DNA from: a virus | Lineage: Duplodnaviria; Caudoviricetes | Strand: one strand, 5' to 3' | Virus record (IMG/VR): IMGVR_UViG_3300005805_000063 | Location: 1-64,000 of that record | Length of the DNA stretch: 64,000 nucleotides | Shown here: piece after piece, positions 10,075 to 18,660 of the stretch | How the letters are laid out: each line of letters starts with the position of its first letter | Position numbering within the stretch: the stretch's first letter is position 1 | Translations under genes and position numbers: made by a program | The notes under the pieces: model-generated | Databases searched by the model: none | Seen by the model: only the letters and a program-made list of their open reading frames with translations | Told to the model about the DNA's origin: nothing

Positions 10075-11789
10075 TATGACAAACCTTTAATGTTTCCTGC
10101 ACTATCCATTATGCGTAATTCGTAATTGCTATTTATTAATTCTACCCACATGTATACTCCATTGGTAGGTGCAGATGAAGGTGGTGTAGTGGCAACTCCG
10201 ATGTACATGATTTTTGAACCTCCGCCGAATGTGGGAGATGAACCAAACATCGAAACGTTTGCAGAGTTCATATTGAGATAGAATGACCCTGTAATGTTTG
10301 TGTTTTCGGTGAGTGCGCCTCCGAGCTTGGCAAGAGTTTCTGTAGTATTATCCGCAGCAGTAAGACCATTTGTAAACGTCAGTGCTGTACGCTGGGTCAA
10401 CGCAGTAACACCATTATATATTGTATGACCGTTGCCAGTCGAACCGATAGAGGATGCTGAGCGATACCTGATAATACCTGTCGAATCGCGAACAAGAATC
10501 TGAGTAAGTGAATCATCGTTTGAAAGAGCGGTTAGCAGATTCAATGTACCAGTGAGATAGTTTGCCGTATTAGTAGCATCGCCAATGGTAACTGTATTAG
10601 AACCTCCTCCTACAGCATCAGCTCCGATTACAATCTCTTTGGTATATCCGTTTCCTGAGGCAGATGCATTTGCTCCTATGAACAATGACTTTGTAGCCGC
10701 AGTCATTGGTTGGTTTGAAGGATACTTTGCCCCTGCATTGTAGCCAATTGCCGTGTTATGGGAACTGGACATCAGTTGAGAAAGCGACAAAGCTCCAAGA
10801 GCTGTATTATAACTTCCTGAATTTACAGATTCTCCTGAAGAGAATCCAATTAGTGTATTTGATGCACCCGTGTTGTTAAATGTTCCTGCACCTGCTCCAA
10901 AAAAACTATTGTAGAATCCGGAATCCATGCTGGAACCGGAAGCAATTCCCATTGCTGTATTAGATATGCCAGGAGACAGTGGGTTGTCCAAAGGACTTCC
11001 AAAATAAATACTTGCTTTATCTGCAGGGGTTGTTATTGAAATTGGATAAGCCGAGGTCGATAATCCAAAATTCAGAACCTTGTTTGTTGCGTCCCAGTTA
11101 AAGGATGCGTCTTGTGAGTATGTACCACTTGCCCCTGCAAATATTACGCGACCTTCCGTAAATACAGTTGAAGTACCTGTTCCCCCATTGGCTACAGGGA
11201 GAATACCTGTGACTTTATTAGATACTGCTGTAAGAGAAAGCGGACCAACTGTCAATACTCCTGTATTTGACAACACGCCGTCTCCGGACATGGTGACTTG
11301 TGTAGCTACTCCGCTTGCATTGCCAAGCCATATTTTGCCGGCAGCAAGTGAGGTTGAGAGCGTGCTTTCAACAAGTGCAATTGTACCAGTTGCATTAGGC
11401 AATGTATAGGTACGATTTGCAGTTAACGAAGAAAACAGGAATTCCCCATCAAAGTCACTTGCAGGAGTGTTAAATAAAAACCCCGTGCGTGCGGAGTTTG
11501 TTTTTAAGTAACCGGTAACGGCACCATCCTCTTCAATCTCGAAACCAACCCCGTTTCCAGATGATGCCGCACCGGTCACATTTAATCTTACAGTCTTTGG
11601 TATCATTTTCCAACCAAAGTACCCAAGGTCATTCCAAAGACCTGGTCCAATCTTTACACCAATGATTTCAGTACCGGCTGCATTAAGCTCATACGCAACT
11701 TCTCCCCTATTAAGCAGGGGATTGCGGGTTGACCAATCAGTCCGTATAAAAGACGGAAACCTGAAGTATTTAATCAGTCTTAAACTCAT
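10074..11789 (-). CDS. Tail fibre protein with Mtd-N-like N-terminal domain and YadA-head-like Gly/Asn repeats
   Basis: 571 aa. WSTRNPLLNRGEVAYE...KIGPGLWNDLGYF resembles the major-tropism-determinant N-terminal domain. Also LPVANGGTG and repeated NTAMG/NSFFG/NTLIG/NTALG/NTAIG units. Confidence 0.7.
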   Translation of the reverse strand: MSLRLIKYFRFPSFIRTDWSTRNPLLNRGEVAYELNAAGTEIIGVKIGPGLWNDLGYFGWKMIPKTVRLNVTGAASSGNGVGFEIEEDGAVTGYLKTNSARTGFLFNTPASDFDGEFLFSSLTANRTYTLPNATGTIALVESTLSTSLAAGKIWLGNASGVATQVTMSGDGVLSNTGVLTVGPLSLTAVSNKVTGILPVANGGTGTSTVFTEGRVIFAGASGTYSQDASFNWDATNKVLNFGLSTSAYPISITTPADKASIYFGSPLDNPLSPGISNTAMGIASGSSMDSGFYNSFFGAGAGTFNNTGASNTLIGFSSGESVNSGSYNTALGALSLSQLMSSSHNTAIGYNAGAKYPSNQPMTAATKSLFIGANASASGNGYTKEIVIGADAVGGGSNTVTIGDATNTANYLTGTLNLLTALSNDDSLTQILVRDSTGIIRYRSASSIGSTGNGHTIYNGVTALTQRTALTFTNGLTAADNTTETLAKLGGALTENTNITGSFYLNMNSANVSMFGSSPTFGGGSKIMYIGVATTPPSSAPTNGVYMWVELINSNYELRIMDSAGNIKGLS

Positions 11790-12535
11790 GTCCTTCCGGT
11801 AAAGTAATCGGTTATTGTTTCAGTATCAAGTTGTCCGGCCCAAATATCGTAATCAGTGGCTTCTGCAACGTTGCTTAAATTATACCATATGATTTGTCCG
11901 GCCAGTCCGGCGGGTAGACCTGAACCACTACCTGTCCCGCCACCACTTATAGTAGATGCTATTTTCAGGTAGTGTCCCGTAAAATTTATACCCGGTGCTT
12001 GGTTTATGTGGTTGTAATAACGCAGATGTTCAATCTCAGAAATCAAATCCCAATCCGTCCACGTTTTATCAGACCCAATTGACATGTGGTTGTACCACCC
12101 AATTTCTACATTACCACCTGCCGTATAAGTACCAAAAGAAGTGCTGTTTATTGCACTTCCGCTAGTTTCATCGTACAGTTCAAATGTGTTTTCGTATATG
12201 TTTTTGGCAACGTACTTTGAACCGTTTAGCTGGGTCATACCCCGTACGTTCTTAATGTAGACAATATCATTTTCGGAGAGATTGCCTATATCCTCAACTT
12301 CAACAACGCAAACACTTTGTTTGGATATTGCCGTGATTTCCAAGGTGCCTTTTCTGATAAGCCATTTGCCCTCATAGAGAAGGTCCATGAATAGGGCAAG
12401 CTCAAGTCTTGACCTTGACATTTCTTCATACTTGTAAGACCCTTGGTCTTCAAGTGTGTTCATCTCGTTGGATATCTCAGCTATTCTGTTCTGAGCATCT
12501 CTGAGATAGTTTGCTATGTATTCGCTTAGTGTCAT
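11786..12535 (-). CDS. Virion structural protein containing an E1-FCCH-like beta domain
   Basis: 249 aa. ITAIS...VVEV...L...DIVYIKNVRGMTQLNG..Y.......TFELY....INSTSFGTYTAGG fits the FCCH-like pattern found in phage structural proteins. Confidence 0.6.
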   Translation of the reverse strand: MTLSEYIANYLRDAQNRIAEISNEMNTLEDQGSYKYEEMSRSRLELALFMDLLYEGKWLIRKGTLEITAISKQSVCVVEVEDIGNLSENDIVYIKNVRGMTQLNGSKYVAKNIYENTFELYDETSGSAINSTSFGTYTAGGNVEIGWYNHMSIGSDKTWTDWDLISEIEHLRYYNHINQAPGINFTGHYLKIASTISGGGTGSGSGLPAGLAGQIIWYNLSNVAEATDYDIWAGQLDTETITDYFTGRT

Positions 12536-12536
12536 A

Positions 12537-13694
12537 TTATGCCAATAGTCCTATGTTTTTCAAAGCCTGTACGACTTGCATCATGGTATATCCACCATAC
12601 GTTGTTGCAGCATATACCGGTTGAGCAGTGCTGTTTATGGAAAGTGTTGCAGAACTTACAGCTGTAGTTGGCTGTACAATTGGAGTGGCATTCCAAAATG
12701 CAAGTTTCTGTGTGGTTGCAGTTCCAATCTTAGTACCAGTTGTAGTATTAAGTGCCACATTTCCAGCATCTCCAATAATGATTCCACTGCTAAAGGTTTT
12801 TATTCCTGCAAATGTTTGAGCAGATGTGGATATCAAACCTGTTACTGTATCAGATGCAGTGGGAATATATATGGTATGCACGGCTGTTCCACCAATTACA
12901 GAAGTTCCAACTGTAACTGATGAACCACTGTTTACAGCAATAATTGATTGGAATTGAGCAGTCTCACTATTTATGGAAGTGATAGCACTAGTGACATAAG
13001 AAGGAGTAAAATACTCTAGTCCAGTGGCACCTGCATTGACCCTTATCAGCTGATTTGCAGTTCCAATTGAGGTGAGTCCGGTTCCTCCCTTGGTAGTTGA
13101 GATTGCAGTGGCATTCCAGGTTCCTGTGGATATTGTACCACAGGTTGTCAGATTAGATGAACCTGTCCAAGTAGATAATGCTGTGTTCTCAACCAATGAT
13201 AATCCAATATCTGCTTTGGTTACTGTATCCCATGCGGGTGCTGCAGATACTGTTCCTGTTCCAGTCTGTCTGAGGAATTTGCGAGTTGTAGTTGTATTGC
13301 CCGCAAGGCGTGTATTGTTTGACCCTGTATGATACAGGACGTCGCCGAGAGTGGTGAGTGGGGACAGAGCATTAAATGCTCCCAGTGCAGTTGATTGCCC
13401 TGTCCCTCCGCGGGTGATACTTAGAGTTCCTGACCAGCCAAGTGTATGGGTTGATGAGGAGGAAGTAATAGTGACATTTGTGTCATTGGCAAACGTCTGT
13501 ACAGAGGAGGTCAGGCCATTGAGAGAACTAATACTTCCGGTGCTTAAAACCGAGAACCTGAACTTAAACAGGTCTGCGGTGGACATGTCCTCAATGGCCA
13601 TTCCATCTCCTCCTATGAGGAGGACATCCTTCTGACCGAGATAACCATCGGTCAGCGGGATGATGTTACCGTAGTATTTGTTTTCTGAGCTCAT
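12537..13694 (-). CDS. Tail fibre protein
   Basis: 385 aa, Thr/Ser/Gly-rich with GGTG fibre repeats (LSITRGGTGQST, ISTTKGGTGLTS) and C-terminal TKIGTATTQKLAFW...ALKNIGLLA. Confidence 0.7.
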   Translation of the reverse strand: MSSENKYYGNIIPLTDGYLGQKDVLLIGGDGMAIEDMSTADLFKFRFSVLSTGSISSLNGLTSSVQTFANDTNVTITSSSSTHTLGWSGTLSITRGGTGQSTALGAFNALSPLTTLGDVLYHTGSNNTRLAGNTTTTRKFLRQTGTGTVSAAPAWDTVTKADIGLSLVENTALSTWTGSSNLTTCGTISTGTWNATAISTTKGGTGLTSIGTANQLIRVNAGATGLEYFTPSYVTSAITSINSETAQFQSIIAVNSGSSVTVGTSVIGGTAVHTIYIPTASDTVTGLISTSAQTFAGIKTFSSGIIIGDAGNVALNTTTGTKIGTATTQKLAFWNATPIVQPTTAVSSATLSINSTAQPVYAATTYGGYTMMQVVQALKNIGLLA

Positions 13695-14407
13695 CAGTTA
13701 CCTGAGATTTTATATTTATCAAGAAGTGATTCTACCTGATTCTGTGCTTCGGCTGTCAGGTCAGACCAAAAAGTATAGTATGCTCCGCGAATATCCTCGT
13801 GCAGTTTCAGGATTTCCTGGAAGAGCGGCTCAGCATCATCGCAGTCCTTCTCACGCTCGACCCGATATGACTTATACAGGGACTGAGCCTCAATTGCCAA
13901 AAGAGGAGTTGTAATGTCAGTAAATACTGTGGACAAAGTTCCGTTCTCGTAAGGAATGGCTATATATTCAGTAGAGGGTACTAAGCTATAGGTACCTCCG
14001 ATTCTATAATAGATTCCGGGAGTGTCTCCAAGACCTGCATAAAGATAGTATTCTCCGTTTGCAGCGGTTCCTCCACCAATGTAATTCACATGGTCTGTTG
14101 ATACAGGAAGTCTGACCAAACAAATGTCAAGCACTCCGTCCAGTGCAAACGTAAATACAAACTCAGTTTCCTCTGTATTAGGCAGTGTATTATCATACAC
14201 ATAATACGATGACCCTGTGAAGAGTTGCTCTCCTGAGCTGGACTGTCGGATGACCAAACAAACCAAACAGCTTTGTGCCCGGGTATAGTTGGGGCTACCC
14301 CATCCAGTGGGGTTGGTGGTTGCATTATACGCTCCTGTTTTATCGGTTACGTATATTTTGCTACCGTCATTGAGAATCGAATATTCGGATTTAAGTGTTA
14401 GTGCCAT
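13694..14407 (-). CDS. Putative tail hub / fibre attachment structural protein
   Basis: 237 aa. DKTGAYNATTNPTGWGSPN motif; first gene of the fibre block, after the cargo genes. Confidence 0.45.
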   Translation of the reverse strand: MALTLKSEYSILNDGSKIYVTDKTGAYNATTNPTGWGSPNYTRAQSCLVCLVIRQSSSGEQLFTGSSYYVYDNTLPNTEETEFVFTFALDGVLDICLVRLPVSTDHVNYIGGGTAANGEYYLYAGLGDTPGIYYRIGGTYSLVPSTEYIAIPYENGTLSTVFTDITTPLLAIEAQSLYKSYRVEREKDCDDAEPLFQEILKLHEDIRGAYYTFWSDLTAEAQNQVESLLDKYKISGN

Positions 14408-14409
14408 TT

Positions 14410-17400
14410 TTATTTATTTGAGATTTCGAAATCTTCGTTATAAGTTATTTCATATAGTTTATCAAGTTCCCGTGCAATTGGAATTGATTTCATTAGTGGT
14501 TCCGGGTCCATTTCATAAAGAGAACGGAATACCCTTTTTCCAGTTGCTTCAAAATAAGCCAATCCTATTGGAGTCCATACAAATGAAGGATTTGCAAATA
14601 AGTTTGTAAGAGTCATCAGGTCATCTAATGCATTTCGATAAACTTTTGAAGCCGCTTGTCCACGAAAATTATCTTTATCCTCTTCCCAAGGCCATTCAAT
14701 TGCCATCAATGCAAGTGAAAGTGCAACAATTGCAAGGTCACTTAAACTTCTGGTGATATTGTTTTTTTGTACGGTTGTTAAAGGAACCTTTTGCTCTTTA
14801 GTACGGCGAAGATTATCAAAAAGAGCAAGCCAACTCATTATTATTCCCTCTAGTTGGTCTCCTTTCCAAAAGGCATAAGTATTTCCTTCAGCGTCTTGTT
14901 CAAATGCATATTGTCCAATTGTGGCAGATTCTGGTACTTTTTCTAAACCAATACCTAAAGTATATCTATCAAATTTAGCAGTAAGCCAGTTTTTGCTTGC
15001 TAAAAAAGCTTTTCCGGTCCACATGAAATTCATAAGTGAACGAGACTCCCGGTCGTTTGTACCAAGAAGATAATTGGCATGATTCCGTATGGAATTAATC
15101 ATATTATCATCATACCCATCTGAGAGTTTTGCTCCCGTTTCATCTCCATTATTTGAAGCAATTACATTTCTTAAAGCTTTCTTTTGCTGAGGTGTAAGCT
15201 TACTTGCAGAGTTGAATCGCTGGTCTTTTGATTCATCATAAATGAGTTCTCCATTTACTATACTATAAGCATCCCAGCTTCCATCTTCAATCATTTGTGC
15301 AATCATAAGATGCATCCTTGATTGATAGTCCGCCCCTGATAAAAGACTAAACATATATTTACTACGAAGCAGAAACTTATCACCTGATTTATGGTAACCA
15401 TTGAGCATGGAGCCAATATCATCGTTAAACATCCTGAACTTACGCATAAGCAAGGATATTTTGTCATAAGCCTGAGGGTCGTAAAAACGACTGCTAAAAA
15501 CTTTTGAAACTTCTAGAATTGCACGTGTTCTTGAGGATGCGCTAAAACGATTGGATTTTGAAAGAGAGTTTGCAATACTCTCAGACAGAATTGTCAATTC
15601 GTTTCCAAGATATGAAGTTGCAGCAGTAAAAGGGTTAAATGCGTAAAGTCCTACAGAAGAAACTCTTGATGCAATCCTGCTGATTTTATTAAGTGTAGTG
15701 TTTGCATCAACGTCTCTGTTGTCAAGATTGACCGTTTTAACAATGTTAATCCAGTCAATATTTCCATCTAACCTTCCTTCCAAAAGATTGCTATTGTACC
15801 ATTGATAGATACTATTTGCAGCTTTGAGAGACGACCCAAGATTATTAAATACCTCATGTCTGAGACTTTCAACTACAAAAATATCCATGATGGATTCAAG
15901 GTCCGTACTCCATTGAGAGTAATCATCAACATTGACAAATCCATCATTCTGAATTCCCAGCAAAGCATCTCGCTTATCATCAGTCAGTGTATTTGACTGA
16001 CTGTGAAAAATGTTCACATCTGATGCTTTTCTGTCCTCTCCCATTCCAAAGCTGGAATCAAAATCAAGCAAAAGGTCATTTATTAAATCGCGGTACCTTC
16101 CGGGAACTCCGCTATTCTTCATGCTTTGAATCCTGTTGGAGACAGACGCTCTGACAAGTGGAACTGCTCCGTCAACCTCCCATTTGATATTATTCTTATC
16201 AGCCAGCTTTTTGATTATCTTCTTTGAAACAATTATAAGATTCTGAGCAGCTGGTGAAAGTGCCTTAAATTCATCAGAGTTTTCAGGATGAAATTTAAAT
16301 GTATTAAACTCAATTTCTTTTATCCCTTCTGGAGTTTGTATTTTCTTCTTTTCCTTTACAAACAATTCGTTATAACTGTTTGCTGTATTTCCGGGATTGA
16401 ACAATTCTGTTCCAATGTATCCTTCAAGTCCAAGGATATTAAAGGTAAGACCTTTTTCATCATAGAACTTTTTCAATGCGTTATTAAACTCATCCTTATA
16501 CTCTGTCCAAAATCCCTGTGAGAGTTTATTAGCAGCAGTATGAAGTTTTGCATTGAGTTTCTGAAGCAGTGGATTGCCTACATTCTGAGGAAGACTGACA
16601 TTCTTATTAAATACATTTACAGGCAGTAGACTCGCATCCATCTCCTGCATTTGGAAGTAAAAGTTAGCAAGAAGAAAAGTCGAATCGTCAGTATTGACGT
16701 TCTTACCCATGTTGACATAATTCTTAAAGTATGCTTCAACTTTCTTCAGCATTTCAGCCCGCTTGCTTTGGTCTTTTGAAAGATTATCAAGCTGATTTGC
16801 AAGTGCTCCTATATTATCATCTTCCTCTTTACGTGAGCGGATGTAGTTTATAAGAACGTCCAACCAGTTTGCACGATAGGATTTATAGTCAAGAAGAGAT
16901 TTATTATTAATTGTATCGAGCAAAGATTTTGCATTCCCAAAGATGCTCTCAACAAGTATAGGGTCATTTTTAATTGACTTGATTGTTTCAAGTCCTTCCT
17001 TAATATCAATTGTATCTCCAAAGACAGACCCGGTTCCAATTCCATAAACCATGTTAAGACCAAATCCAATATCTGAATTTGCCTCTTTTAGTTTCATTGC
17101 AATTAGAACACCTTCAAATTTACGCGCATCTCCAAGTGTGTTTTTAAAAGGACTATTTATCCTGTCTGTTCTGATTTTATCTCCAAATTTTCCAAAGAGA
17201 GAATCATTTCCATATCCTTCTGTAGAAAACCTTTTGTTCAGATTTTCAGCCCCGATATAAATTAGATGTCTGGTTTTTCCATCTTCAATGACTATCCAAT
17301 TCTTTTTATCTTCAAATCCTTTAATGTCTGACAGATTTGAAACTTTGATATCTGTACGTTTGATAAAAGGACGAAGGGATGTTTCAATAATTCTTAACTT

Positions 17401-18654
17401 ATCTCCAATAGACCTGAGATATTTTACATCTCCACTTTCAAGATAATTTGAAACACCAAGTGCCAAGTCATTATTTATCTTCTCAGATTTTTTGATGTAT
17501 TCATCAATTATCTGTTGTTGCTGAAGAACAGGGTCGGAACTTGTAAATGAATGGTGATTTCCCGCAGAATCAAAATATCCAAATATCCCACCTCGATATC
17601 CCGTTTTAACACGTTTGGCTTTTTCTGAAGGACTTGAAACATGTGTTGCTATTGACCCTGTAAGAGTTGTGAAGACGTCCGAGCTGTCGTCTTTGCCAAT
17701 AATTGCAGCCGATGATGGTGCAAAGGAAGATTTTCCAAAGATGATGTCCAGCTGGCGTGTTGCATAAGAATCCATTTTCCATGACTTGATAGATTCCATA
17801 GGAAGGACTTTTCCATCAGAGTAGCCACGAGAAATATCATTATCATCAACAAACTTAAGTTCAATTGGAACAATGAAATGGTCGCTGACAGGTTGATTAT
17901 CAGCCCATTCAGTCATCCGTCCATAACCCATTGTTTGTACAGAATATCGCTTTGCCTTGTAAGAGTTATATGCAAATGGGTCCCAAATCTTAACTCCAGA
18001 TTCCTCTTTTTCCTTAGTGCGATAAACTGTCTTTAAGTCTACAATGTATTTACGTCCTTCCGGAGAATAAATAATTAAATCAGATCTTCCGGCCATTCTT
18101 GCCCCCTCACCTGAGTTTTCTGCATAAAGCATTTTTTCAGAAACCAATTTGCCCATTTTGGACAAACGCTCTTTAAGGTCGGTAAGCTGCTTTAATAAAT
18201 TAGAAGGTATTCCTTTTTCTGCAATAAACTTCTTAAGATTCTCATCATTAACAGGGTCTGAACTTTCTACAACTTTTTGAAATAAGTTGTGAATTAATGT
18301 GCCAGACTCAGAGAAAACACTAAGTTTTTCAATATTCCTTTTTGTGACTTTTATATTCAACTCAGGAATTGTATCAACCATTTCAGACATTGAAGCAATA
18401 CTGATTGAATCATCGCCTCTCCAACTATACTTATGGTTTACATCATCATACTCAATGTTTTTAACAGCATTTTCAATGGCATCTATTTTATCCTGAATTG
18501 GACGGTTAAATGTCTCAAAGGCTTTTTCAATACCCTGACCCGGATGCAGGTCTTCATGTGCTCTCCACATACGGTAGGCGGCACGTGTATCTCCATTAAG
18601 CAGGTTTACCAGCTTGTTGTATTCGGGACCTATTGGAGGACAGATTGAAGCCAT
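14410..18654 (-). CDS. Large ejected (cargo) virion protein with N-terminal PD-(D/E)XK nuclease domain
   Basis: 1414 aa, immediately after the vRNAP gene. EKMLY...MAGRSDLIIY...KYIVDLKT...YSVQTMGY gives RecB/Cas4-type motifs II-IV; the rest is largely helical. Confidence 0.65.
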   Translation of the reverse strand: MASICPPIGPEYNKLVNLLNGDTRAAYRMWRAHEDLHPGQGIEKAFETFNRPIQDKIDAIENAVKNIEYDDVNHKYSWRGDDSISIASMSEMVDTIPELNIKVTKRNIEKLSVFSESGTLIHNLFQKVVESSDPVNDENLKKFIAEKGIPSNLLKQLTDLKERLSKMGKLVSEKMLYAENSGEGARMAGRSDLIIYSPEGRKYIVDLKTVYRTKEKEESGVKIWDPFAYNSYKAKRYSVQTMGYGRMTEWADNQPVSDHFIVPIELKFVDDNDISRGYSDGKVLPMESIKSWKMDSYATRQLDIIFGKSSFAPSSAAIIGKDDSSDVFTTLTGSIATHVSSPSEKAKRVKTGYRGGIFGYFDSAGNHHSFTSSDPVLQQQQIIDEYIKKSEKINNDLALGVSNYLESGDVKYLRSIGDKLRIIETSLRPFIKRTDIKVSNLSDIKGFEDKKNWIVIEDGKTRHLIYIGAENLNKRFSTEGYGNDSLFGKFGDKIRTDRINSPFKNTLGDARKFEGVLIAMKLKEANSDIGFGLNMVYGIGTGSVFGDTIDIKEGLETIKSIKNDPILVESIFGNAKSLLDTINNKSLLDYKSYRANWLDVLINYIRSRKEEDDNIGALANQLDNLSKDQSKRAEMLKKVEAYFKNYVNMGKNVNTDDSTFLLANFYFQMQEMDASLLPVNVFNKNVSLPQNVGNPLLQKLNAKLHTAANKLSQGFWTEYKDEFNNALKKFYDEKGLTFNILGLEGYIGTELFNPGNTANSYNELFVKEKKKIQTPEGIKEIEFNTFKFHPENSDEFKALSPAAQNLIIVSKKIIKKLADKNNIKWEVDGAVPLVRASVSNRIQSMKNSGVPGRYRDLINDLLLDFDSSFGMGEDRKASDVNIFHSQSNTLTDDKRDALLGIQNDGFVNVDDYSQWSTDLESIMDIFVVESLRHEVFNNLGSSLKAANSIYQWYNSNLLEGRLDGNIDWINIVKTVNLDNRDVDANTTLNKISRIASRVSSVGLYAFNPFTAATSYLGNELTILSESIANSLSKSNRFSASSRTRAILEVSKVFSSRFYDPQAYDKISLLMRKFRMFNDDIGSMLNGYHKSGDKFLLRSKYMFSLLSGADYQSRMHLMIAQMIEDGSWDAYSIVNGELIYDESKDQRFNSASKLTPQQKKALRNVIASNNGDETGAKLSDGYDDNMINSIRNHANYLLGTNDRESRSLMNFMWTGKAFLASKNWLTAKFDRYTLGIGLEKVPESATIGQYAFEQDAEGNTYAFWKGDQLEGIIMSWLALFDNLRRTKEQKVPLTTVQKNNITRSLSDLAIVALSLALMAIEWPWEEDKDNFRGQAASKVYRNALDDLMTLTNLFANPSFVWTPIGLAYFEATGKRVFRSLYEMDPEPLMKSIPIARELDKLYEITYNEDFEISNK

Positions 18655-18660
18655 ATTCTA

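Noticed and set aside
1-14407. Diversity-generating retroelement targeting the fibres
   Set aside because: No reverse transcriptase and no template/variable repeat pair differing at adenines were seen in this window. One could lie outside it.
18540-18570. HExxH (HEDLH) zincin motif near the N-terminus of the 1414-aa protein
   Set aside because: Lies in a short N-terminal segment without the hydrophobic helix context or a downstream third ligand; likely chance.
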